DNA of 52,041 bases from Halanaerobiales bacterium. GTDB taxonomy: Bacteria; Bacillota; Halanaerobiia; Halanaerobiales; M55B127. Both the position numbers and the translations under genes were made by a program. Positions 7,969-16,153 of this stretch are shown one piece after another. Numbering within the stretch: the first letter of the stretch is position 1; each line of letters opens with the position of its first letter. The notes beneath the pieces were generated by a model that was not told where the DNA came from, made no database searches, and was given only the letters and a program-made list of their open reading frames with translations. The DNA lies in assembly GCA_035312025.1 (NCBI GenBank), contig DATGCJ010000126.1:1-52041 (forward strand), in the 5' to 3' direction.

Positions 7969-8925
7969 TTAGCATAGTTTAGGCTTATAGTCAAGCCAAC
8001 CAGAGCTTTTCTCATTTGGTTTTACAGTTAAGAGATGGGCAGCTTTTTTAAAACCAGCCGCATCTAAATTATGGGCATCAGCAGAACAAGTCTGCATTTC
8101 AAGACAGAAAAACTTTTTATTTAACGGAGTATAAAACTGGATATGAGAAAATTCTTTTGAATAATCAAATTCAATTATTAATTTATCCTCAAATTTTATT
8201 TTAGGCTTGTCTTGCAGCTCTGTGATTGCACCATCTATATTTATATCTTTTAAAGACCTATAGTCATTAAAATCATAATCAGTTTCCTCTACCCCGAGAA
8301 GTTTACCAGTGGGGATTTGATCAGCATCCAACTCCATATAAGTTTCAGCCGGAGCTTTTATATAAGAATTAGCCCTTTGTTTGAGATAATTAAAGTAAGT
8401 ATGAAAACAGATCCCGTAAGGTAGTTCTTTGGAATCTTTATTGTTTACTTCATACTTTAATCTCAATTTATTATTAAAAAGTTTATAAATGATTTTTAAT
8501 TGATGTTCAAAAGGAAAACCTTGATAGACGGGATGATCTTTATCGATATATATAAAGGTTTCTAATTTAATATGATCCGCCAAGATCTCAGGTTCTTTAT
8601 AGCTCCATTTTTCATCATAGACTAAAGAATGAAGAAATATTGGTTTACTGTTTTTTTCCTGCCAATATTTCTTGCCTTTAAATTCATAATGGCAGTTGTT
8701 TACCCGATTTGGTAAAGGATAAATAATGGGGTTACCATTTAGAAAATGGTCTAAAGGCAGGTCGGGATCATAATATATTAAATCCAGGTCATTATACTGA
8801 TACTTAAACATATTATTACCAAGACCAGGGGCTATTTTAATCACATTTTTATTATTTTGATCAGCTGCCTTAAGGGTTACTACCCGGAAATTATCTTCAG
8901 AAATTTCAAAATCAAAATGACTCAT
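7969..8925 (-). CDS. Aldose 1-epimerase (galactose mutarotase-like) family protein
   Basis: 318 aa. N-terminal region with LGNNMFKY..., NGNPIIYPLPNRV and later FHTYFN resembles the aldose epimerase family. Assigned by eye. Confidence 0.6.
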   Translation of the reverse strand: MSHFDFEISEDNFRVVTLKAADQNNKNVIKIAPGLGNNMFKYQYNDLDLIYYDPDLPLDHFLNGNPIIYPLPNRVNNCHYEFKGKKYWQEKNSKPIFLHSLVYDEKWSYKEPEILADHIKLETFIYIDKDHPVYQGFPFEHQLKIIYKLFNNKLRLKYEVNNKDSKELPYGICFHTYFNYLKQRANSYIKAPAETYMELDADQIPTGKLLGVEETDYDFNDYRSLKDINIDGAITELQDKPKIKFEDKLIIEFDYSKEFSHIQFYTPLNKKFFCLEMQTCSADAHNLDAAGFKKAAHLLTVKPNEKSSGWLDYKPKLC

Positions 8926-8939
8926 TTCAACACCCCATT

Positions 8940-10625
8940 TTAAAGCAATTCCGCCTTTGCAAAGGTTCTATGGACTTCATTGATTTTTACTTCAACCTCT
9001 TCTTCTTTCAGATGTCCAGCATTTTTTACTATAATGATATAACCTTTTATTCTTGCTATACCATCATTTTCATTATGGATATGAGTATCTTCTATATATA
9101 TATCATAGGTCTCACCTTTATTTACCGGTAAAGCCATCCTTTTTAAGTCCTGTTTGCTACCTTTGCTGATTATTTCATAATTCTCAATATGATAATCATT
9201 ATTACCTCTTATATAAATATCCATATTGAGTTCCTCTTCCAATTCAGTCAGCTTATCTCCTCCGGCCCCGATTAAAACGGCCGCTACATCGGGATGAAGT
9301 TCTATTAATAATGCTTCAACCTTTTCCTCTTTAGACAGCTTTTTTAGTTCTCTTATTACATTCATTGCCATAGTTGTTTCAGACATAACCAAGCCAGTAC
9401 CCTCACAGTAAGGGCAATCTTTTTGAAATAATTCCCCGATCTCTTCCCTTACTTTTTTCCTGGTGATTTCTACTAAACCTAATTTAGTTAGGCCCAGCAG
9501 GGCAGTTTTGGTGCGGTCTTTGGCCAACTCTTCTTCTAATACCCTTAAAACCTCTTTTTGGTTTTCTTCAATTGACATATCAATAAAGTCAATTATTATG
9601 ATACCGCCAATATCTCTTAACCTCAATTGACGGGCTATTTCGCGGGCTGCTTCTACATTGGTTTTAAAGACTGTATCCTGTAAATTCTTTTTGCCGGTGA
9701 ATTTACCGGTATTGACATCTATTGAAACCAATGCTTCGGTATTATCAATTATTACATAACCGCCAGAATTTAACCATACCTTCCGCTGCCAGATTTTTGT
9801 GATTTCATTTTCTATCTGATAGGTTTCAAAAATAGGGGTTTCTCTCTCATATAAATATATTTTTTGGTGTGAACCAGGTACACTTGTTTCAGCCAGTTCA
9901 TTTAATTTTTCATATTCTTCTTCATCATCGATCACTATTTTATTAACATCAGGACTCAGATAATCCCTTACAATCTGTTTAATAAGTTCAGCATCTTTAT
10001 AGATTAATTCAGGTGGTTTTGCTCTTTTATAGTCTTTCCAAATATTTTCCCATAAGTGGATTAAAAAATTAAAGTCATTTTCAATGATTTCTCTTTCTTT
10101 ACCTTCTGTATTGGTTCTTACAATTAAGCCATATTTATTTCCAATTAAATTTTCAGCTATATCTTTGAGCCGATTTCTTTCCTTGGTATCATCAATTCTT
10201 CTTGAAATACCAGTTCTATTTTCAAAAGGCATTAATACAAGATAGCGTCCCGGTAAAGTTACTTTACAGGTTACCTTGGCCCCTTTGGTTCCGATTGGTT
10301 CTTTTACCACCTGGACCATGATTTTTTGACCGGGTTGAAGGACTTCCTTTATTGATAATTCATTTTTCCTCCACCGTTTTTCCTGGTCTTTATTTAATAA
10401 TGGATAAACATCACTTATATGCAAAAAAGCATTTTTTTCAAGACCAATATCAACAAAACCGGCCTGCATTCCGGGTAAAACATCTTTTACTCTACCTTTA
10501 TAAATATTATATACTATTTGATCATAGGTATCTCTTTCAAACATTATATCGATCAGATTATTATTTTCTTTGATAGCCGCTCTCTTTTCTCTTATACATG
10601 AATTTATTATTATCTGTCTACTCAA
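8940..10625 (-). CDS. rng: Rne/Rng family ribonuclease (RNase G-like) with C-terminal TRAM-like extension
   Basis: S1 domain (IYKGRVKDVLPGMQAGFVDIG), DNase I-like core (ALVSIDVNTGKF), Zn-link CPYCEGTG. The TTG start overlaps the upstream stop (TTGA), and the SD is GAGGTGA. Confidence 0.9.
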   Translation of the reverse strand: MSRQIIINSCIREKRAAIKENNNLIDIMFERDTYDQIVYNIYKGRVKDVLPGMQAGFVDIGLEKNAFLHISDVYPLLNKDQEKRWRKNELSIKEVLQPGQKIMVQVVKEPIGTKGAKVTCKVTLPGRYLVLMPFENRTGISRRIDDTKERNRLKDIAENLIGNKYGLIVRTNTEGKEREIIENDFNFLIHLWENIWKDYKRAKPPELIYKDAELIKQIVRDYLSPDVNKIVIDDEEEYEKLNELAETSVPGSHQKIYLYERETPIFETYQIENEITKIWQRKVWLNSGGYVIIDNTEALVSIDVNTGKFTGKKNLQDTVFKTNVEAAREIARQLRLRDIGGIIIIDFIDMSIEENQKEVLRVLEEELAKDRTKTALLGLTKLGLVEITRKKVREEIGELFQKDCPYCEGTGLVMSETTMAMNVIRELKKLSKEEKVEALLIELHPDVAAVLIGAGGDKLTELEEELNMDIYIRGNNDYHIENYEIISKGSKQDLKRMALPVNKGETYDIYIEDTHIHNENDGIARIKGYIIIVKNAGHLKEEEVEVKINEVHRTFAKAELL

Positions 10626-11341
10626 TTCTCTCTCACCTCTTTTTTTAACACCTGTCTATTTATAGGTTTATATAACTTATCTTTCTTTCTAATAAACATT
10701 CCCAATCTTTCTATGTTAACCAGGGGAATTTCTTCTACTGACCCCTCACTTTTTATCTTTAAAGCTCTTATCACTTCCTGGGGTCGTACATTTCCACTAC
10801 TACCTGTACTGATTGTAAATTCCCAGATGCCATCTTCTACTACCTGTCCAGCATGAATCATGGGGGCTAAATCAATTAATCTATCATCTTTTTTTCTGCG
10901 AAAACGTGTAATTTCAATTTCTTTTTCCCCTAAAAATTCTTTTAAAATTTCTTTTTGCTGAACTTCTTTTTTAAAGGACATCTTATATCGATATCTAGCC
11001 GTATTAACAATAGCCTGTAAGGACTTCTCTTTTTCATGGATTTCGATCATATCTAAAACCCTTAATCCCCCAGGTAGTTTTTCATTAATTTGTTTCTTCA
11101 TTAAATCAAATCGAATTTTTTCTTTCAACTCGAGATCAAAATATTCATGATAGCCGACCATCCCCACCGGTAAAGGCTGAGACATGGAAAATATAATATG
11201 GGGATTATAGCCTTGTGAATACGATACTGGGATCTTAGCCCTTCTAAATGTCCTTCTAAAAGTATTCATTAACTCTAGGTGGGAAATATATTTAAGGGCG
11301 TCTAATTTTTCATATTCAGCTCTTATATACATTGTAATCAT
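10622..11341 (-). CDS. Radical SAM-associated protein, TIGR03936/DUF2344-like
   Basis: KYISHLELMNTFRRTFRRAKIPVSYSQGYNPH is the family signature. The likely start is ATG 11332 (AGGGA, 9 nt spacer) rather than 11341. Overlaps the upstream gene by 17-26 nt. Confidence 0.8.
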   Translation of the reverse strand: MITMYIRAEYEKLDALKYISHLELMNTFRRTFRRAKIPVSYSQGYNPHIIFSMSQPLPVGMVGYHEYFDLELKEKIRFDLMKKQINEKLPGGLRVLDMIEIHEKEKSLQAIVNTARYRYKMSFKKEVQQKEILKEFLGEKEIEITRFRRKKDDRLIDLAPMIHAGQVVEDGIWEFTISTGSSGNVRPQEVIRALKIKSEGSVEEIPLVNIERLGMFIRKKDKLYKPINRQVLKKEVREN

Positions 11342-13196
11342 TCCCTATTATATCTAAGTCAACATCTAAATTAATACATATATTACAACCTTTACAGTTA
11401 GCAAATCGACAGTCTGAGGTGGTTTCGTTTTTTAGAGCTTTTTTATGTTCCCTTTTTAAAAACTTGGGAGCTAATCCCATATCAATATGGCTCCAGGGCA
11501 GTATTTCATCCTTATTTCGCCTTCTCAAATAAAAATCAGGATCTAAATTATTTTCTTTAAAAGCTTCCAGCCAGATATCAAAGTCAAAAAAGTCTCCCCA
11601 GCCATCAAAACGGGCACCTTTTTGATAGGCACTTATTAATACCTCTGATAGCCTTCTATCTCCGCGTGAAAATATACTTTCCAGCAGAGAAAGGTCTTCT
11701 TCGTTCCAGCTGAAGTTTATACCCTTTGTATTTAATTTAGATCTTAAAAAGTTTATTTTATCTTTCAGTTCTTCTTTATCCACCATAGGTTCCCACTGAA
11801 AAGGAGTGGAGGCCTTGGGAATAAAGGTGGATACACTAACATTAATTCTAATCGGTTTCATCCTCTTTTTGTTGTCTCTTCTAATCTTTTTCCCTTTTTT
11901 TAAAACGTTTTTAACCATCTTAACTATACCTTCTAGATCTTCTTTTCTTTCAGTTGGAAGCCCAATCATAAAGTAAAGCTTAACAGTTGACCAACCTTCC
12001 TTAAAAGCAGCCTCGACAGCTTCATAAAGATTACTTTCAGATACACCTTTATTAATTACATCCCGGAGTCTTTTTGTGCCAGCTTCCGGGGCAAAAGTAA
12101 GTCCCGTCTTTCTTACCTTTTGAACTTCATTGGCCAGCTGCACGGAAAATTTATCAACTCTAAGTGAAGATAAAGAGATACTAATCTTTCTTTCTTCATA
12201 TTTTTTTGTAAGTTCCTTTACTAACTCTTCTATCTGGGAATGGTCGACTGTACTTAAAGATGTTAAAGAAATTTCATCATAACCTGTACTGTCTAAAATA
12301 TTATCTATTTGTTTTAGTAAGGTCTCTTTTTTTCTTTCTCTTACAGGTCTATAAGTAATCCCGGCTGAACAAAACCTACACCCTTTGGTACAGCCCCTTG
12401 CTACTTCGATAGTTGCCCTATCATGCACTATTTCCATATAGGGAACAAGGAAGTCTTCTGGATAAAAAGCTTCATCTAAATTAGATACTAGCTGTCTTTT
12501 TATCCTGGGCTTGATTCCTTTTTGCTTAGGGTCAATATTTGTTATATGGCCTTCTTCATCATAACTGACTTCATATAAAGAAGGGACATAAACACCGGGT
12601 TTATGAGATAATTGTTTTAAAATTTCTTCTTTTTTATACCCCTGTTCTTTTAAATCATCATATTCATTAATAATATCAACTATATGTTCTTCAGCTTCCC
12701 CAATAAAAAGTAGGTCAAAAAAGGGCGCTACCGGTTCAATATTGCTTACTATTGAACCTCCCCCGATAACTAGAGGGTCGCTTGCCTTACGGTTCTTACT
12801 ATAGAAATTTAGTCCAGCCAATTCTAGAATTGTTAATATATTGGTATAACTCATTTCATACTGTAATGTAAAAGCCAGGATATCGAACTCATCAACACTT
12901 CTACCCGACTCTAAAGAAAATAGGGGTAACTCTTCTTTTCTTAAAAGTTCTTCCATATCAGGCCAGGGAGAAAAAGTCCTTTCACAAATAATATTATCTT
13001 CTTTATTTAATAAATGGTATATTATCTTTAAACCTATATGAGACATCCCAATCTCATAGGCATCTGGAAATGCGGTTAATACCTTTATTTTATCTGCATC
13101 CCACTCTTTTTTTATTATATTATACTCATTACCTATATATCGTTCTGGATTTTCAACTTCAATTAATCTATCATATATTTGCTCTCTTACATTCAT
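11316..13196 (-). CDS. B12-binding-domain radical SAM protein, TIGR03960-like (function unknown)
   Basis: 626 aa. N-terminal PERYIGNEYN...FPDAYEIGMSHIGLKIIY and the CxxxCxxC motif ARGCTKGCRFCSAG. SD AAGGAG. Confidence 0.8.
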   Translation of the reverse strand: MNVREQIYDRLIEVENPERYIGNEYNIIKKEWDADKIKVLTAFPDAYEIGMSHIGLKIIYHLLNKEDNIICERTFSPWPDMEELLRKEELPLFSLESGRSVDEFDILAFTLQYEMSYTNILTILELAGLNFYSKNRKASDPLVIGGGSIVSNIEPVAPFFDLLFIGEAEEHIVDIINEYDDLKEQGYKKEEILKQLSHKPGVYVPSLYEVSYDEEGHITNIDPKQKGIKPRIKRQLVSNLDEAFYPEDFLVPYMEIVHDRATIEVARGCTKGCRFCSAGITYRPVRERKKETLLKQIDNILDSTGYDEISLTSLSTVDHSQIEELVKELTKKYEERKISISLSSLRVDKFSVQLANEVQKVRKTGLTFAPEAGTKRLRDVINKGVSESNLYEAVEAAFKEGWSTVKLYFMIGLPTERKEDLEGIVKMVKNVLKKGKKIRRDNKKRMKPIRINVSVSTFIPKASTPFQWEPMVDKEELKDKINFLRSKLNTKGINFSWNEEDLSLLESIFSRGDRRLSEVLISAYQKGARFDGWGDFFDFDIWLEAFKENNLDPDFYLRRRNKDEILPWSHIDMGLAPKFLKREHKKALKNETTSDCRFANCKGCNICINLDVDLDIIGNDYNVYKS

Positions 13197-13225
13197 CTAC
13201 AATTACTCCTTAAAATTTTACTACG

Positions 13226-14362
13226 TCAAAAATGTAGTTTTTTCTTTCTAATATTTACATTCAAAGCTATGCCAATTGCCACTATTGAAGTGACCATCGA
13301 TGTACCTCCATAACTGATAAAAGGAAGCGGAATACCTGTTATCGGCATAACACCCATTGTCATTCCAATATTTTCTACAACATGAAAGAAGAACATCGAG
13401 ATTATCCCAGTAACCACTAACTTACCATATCTATCTTTGGCCTGAAAAGCAATATTAAATAGCTGCCAGAATAGTAGTAAAAAGAGTATTATCACTATAA
13501 ATACTCCGATAAAGCCAAATTCTTCCCCAATGACAGAGAAAATAAAATCTGTATGTTTTTCCGGTAGAAAATTAAGCTGGTTTTGGGTGCCGGCAAATAG
13601 GCCCTTACCTGTTAAACGGCCAGATCCCAGAGCTATTTTAGACTGAATTATATTATATCCTATCCCCTGGGGGTCGATACTAGGATTTACAAAAGCTATT
13701 AGTCGATTTAACTGATATTCTTTTAAAAACGGTAAGGGAGTGCCCAAAAATATGTGTGAAGCTATCACTCCTATTGTTCCAAAAAAACCTCCCCCGAAAA
13801 ATACATACATAAACTTTTTATTTGCACCAGCAACAAAAAGCATTACTACAAAGATTACCAATAATACTAATGCTGTCCCTAAATCATTTTCAAATACTAT
13901 GAGCAAAAAAGGGATCAAAAAATAACCGAATGGTAAAATAAAATCCTTAAATGAATTTAATCCTTTCCTCTGATCTAAAATCGTGGCTAATACTAAAATT
14001 AAGGCGATCTTTGCCAATTCAGAAGGCTGAATACTAATAAATCCAAGGTTTAGCCATCTTCTCCCACCTGCAATATTGGCTCCGTATAAATGAGTCATAA
14101 ATAAAACAATAATCATGGAACCAAATATTAATTGGGCATACTCCTTGAAAATACGGTAATCAAAAAATTGGATTACTATAGCTGTAATAACACCCAATAC
14201 AGCTGCAATAATCTGCTTTTTCAAAAAGATAGAGCCGCTTGAACCAGTTTTATTTAATTCCACAGCACTACTTATGGCAAACATCCCGATTACAATTAAT
14301 AAAATAACCGTTATTGGTATATATAAATTTAAATTTTTAAATAACTTTTTTTCAAAATGCAT
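13226..14362 (-). CDS. rodA: Rod shape-determining protein RodA (SEDS family)
   Basis: 378-aa polytopic membrane protein. QPSELAKIALIL, LPEKHTDFIF and PLPFISYGGTS are FtsW/RodA motifs. Sits in the mre/min context. Confidence 0.9.
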   Translation of the reverse strand: MHFEKKLFKNLNLYIPITVILLIVIGMFAISSAVELNKTGSSGSIFLKKQIIAAVLGVITAIVIQFFDYRIFKEYAQLIFGSMIIVLFMTHLYGANIAGGRRWLNLGFISIQPSELAKIALILVLATILDQRKGLNSFKDFILPFGYFLIPFLLIVFENDLGTALVLLVIFVVMLFVAGANKKFMYVFFGGGFFGTIGVIASHIFLGTPLPFLKEYQLNRLIAFVNPSIDPQGIGYNIIQSKIALGSGRLTGKGLFAGTQNQLNFLPEKHTDFIFSVIGEEFGFIGVFIVIILFLLLFWQLFNIAFQAKDRYGKLVVTGIISMFFFHVVENIGMTMGVMPITGIPLPFISYGGTSMVTSIVAIGIALNVNIRKKKLHF

Positions 14363-14375
14363 AGTTTACTTCCTT

Positions 14376-14651
14376 CTATTGATTATTCCTCCTGAGTGGA
14401 AAGTTAGCAACCATTGCCATCATCTGTTCTTCTCTATTAATTTCCATTTCAATTTCTTGATCATCTACATCAACATATTTTTTCATAACTTTAAGTAGAT
14501 CTTTTTTAAGTGACTCCATTTCTGATGGAGATAACTTAATGCGATCCTGAACTAAGATAAATTGAAGTCTTTCCTTTGCAACATTTTTACTGGATTCGTC
14601 TTTTTTCTTTTTCTTTTTGAAACCCAAGAATTCTAATAAACCGATTGTCAT
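14376..14651 (-). CDS. minE: Cell division topological specificity factor MinE
   Basis: 91 aa. N-terminal membrane-targeting/MinD-contact region followed by SKNVAKERLQFILVQDR. Directly downstream of minD. Confidence 0.9.
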   Translation of the reverse strand: MTIGLLEFLGFKKKKKKDESSKNVAKERLQFILVQDRIKLSPSEMESLKKDLLKVMKKYVDVDDQEIEMEINREEQMMAMVANFPLRRNNQ

Positions 14652-14663
14652 TACCCCCTTATA

Positions 14664-15458
14664 TTAAGAAAAACTAAATATTTTTTTAAGTTTTGTGAAA
14701 AAGGAATTATCCTCAAGTGAAATGAAATTAACTTCTTCTCCCGTTATTCTACGCGCTATATTTTTAAAAGCCTGTCCGGCTTTTGGATTTTCTTTTAGAA
14801 CAACTGGTTCACCTCTATTAGAAGAAACAATAATAATATTGTCTTCAGGGACGATACCTTTTAATTTAACAGCAAGTATCTCGATAATATCTTCAATATT
14901 CATCATGTCCCCCCGACTGACCATATCAGTATTTATTCTATTAATGATAACTTCTGGGTTTCTTAGCCCTTCAGCTTCTAATAACCCAATAATTCTATCA
15001 GCATCTCTTACAGCTGAAACTTCCGGTGTAGTGACGATAAGAGCAAAATCCGCCCCTGCAATCGCATTCTTAAATCCCTGTTCGATACCGGCGGGAGAAT
15101 CAATCACCACATAATCCATCTCTTTTTTAAGGTCTTCAACCAGAGATTCCATCTGATTGGGCTGTACTGCTGTTTTGTCTCTAGTTTGAGCTGCCGGTAA
15201 TAAGAATAAATTTTTATGTCTCTTGTCTCTAATTAAAGCTTGTTCTAATCTGCAGTTTTCTTCTACAACATCTACAATGTCATAAACTATTCTGTTTTCT
15301 AACCCCATAACTACGTCTAAATTTCGTAAACCAATATCTGCATCAATTAGACATACTTTGTAGTCCATCATTGCTAATGCTGTACCAATATTAGCAACCG
15401 TTGTTGTCTTACCAACGCCACCTTTTCCCGAAGTAATTACTAATGATTTTCCTGCCAA
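14664..15458 (-). CDS. minD: Septum site-determining ATPase MinD
   Basis: Deviant Walker A SGKGGVGKTT, 264 aa, C-terminal amphipathic helix KLKKIFSF. TTG start after GGAGGG. Confidence 0.95.
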   Translation of the reverse strand: MAGKSLVITSGKGGVGKTTTVANIGTALAMMDYKVCLIDADIGLRNLDVVMGLENRIVYDIVDVVEENCRLEQALIRDKRHKNLFLLPAAQTRDKTAVQPNQMESLVEDLKKEMDYVVIDSPAGIEQGFKNAIAGADFALIVTTPEVSAVRDADRIIGLLEAEGLRNPEVIINRINTDMVSRGDMMNIEDIIEILAVKLKGIVPEDNIIIVSSNRGEPVVLKENPKAGQAFKNIARRITGEEVNFISLEDNSFFTKLKKIFSFS

Positions 15459-15479
15459 TTTATTCCCTCCATTTTTTTA

Positions 15480-16094
15480 TTATATTTCAAAATCTTCGAC
15501 CATAATTTGTCCGTCCTGAATAAAAGCCCTTTCTGGTTTTAAACTCTTTTTATTTGAACTTTCTTCAGGTGGTCTTGCAATTTTTTTAGAAATTCTAAGT
15601 TGAGTTGGTTCTAATTTTAAAGCAGTGACAGAAGCTTCTGTAGAACCGCTAGCACCGGCGTGAACCACACCTCTGATTTTTCCAAAGACAATAATATTAC
15701 CACCGGCGATCACTTCTGCACCGGGATTTATATCACCAATTATTACTACATTCCCTGATTTTTTAATCTTTTGGCCAGATCTAAGAGTTCTGTTGATTAA
15801 GTAAGTTTCCCCTTCATTATTTACTTCTACTGTATCTCTTTTTACTACATCACTGGTGAATATAATGTTTTTAACATCTTTATAACCCCTTGCAATATTG
15901 ACTATCTCATTTAACTGATCAATCTTAAAACTACTTTCAGCTATATTTATATATAAATCGGCCCCTGCGTAAAAATTGGTAGCACTGTTAACATGATCCC
16001 TTAAAGCCTCTTTAATCCTATTAAAATTAGCTTCGGGATCAAGAGTTAGCACTATTCCATCTTTAGCAACTTTAAAAGTAATTGGTGATTTCAT
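15480..16094 (-). CDS. minC: Septum site-determining protein MinC
   Basis: 204 aa. The C-terminal beta-helix repeats (GDINPGAEVIAGGNIIVFGKIRGVVHAG) are typical of MinC. Confidence 0.85.
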   Translation of the reverse strand: MKSPITFKVAKDGIVLTLDPEANFNRIKEALRDHVNSATNFYAGADLYINIAESSFKIDQLNEIVNIARGYKDVKNIIFTSDVVKRDTVEVNNEGETYLINRTLRSGQKIKKSGNVVIIGDINPGAEVIAGGNIIVFGKIRGVVHAGASGSTEASVTALKLEPTQLRISKKIARPPEESSNKKSLKPERAFIQDGQIMVEDFEI

Positions 16095-16153
16095 AATTAA
16101 AATCTTTCCTTTCTCATTATAATAAATTCACTAGTTAAAGATAAAATCCTTTT

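Noticed and set aside
11316-11341. Radical SAM / DUF2344 overlap as a frameshifted pseudogene of a fused protein
   Set aside because: Fused versions of these families exist. Here, however, the downstream frame has its own ATG with an SD-like AGGGA, and the upstream frame ends at a normal stop. I treat them as two intact genes. Read-level data would be needed to exclude a sequencing frameshift.
14695-15114. Other antisense ORFs over 100 aa from the track (14695..15114 in minD, 3040..3396 in ABC-F, 49418..49783 in purM, 50931..51278 in purF, 44278..44604 in the FecCD gene, 5131..5448, 20253..20561)
   Set aside because: All are embedded opposite well-supported genes. They lack ribosome-binding sites and have no family resemblance.
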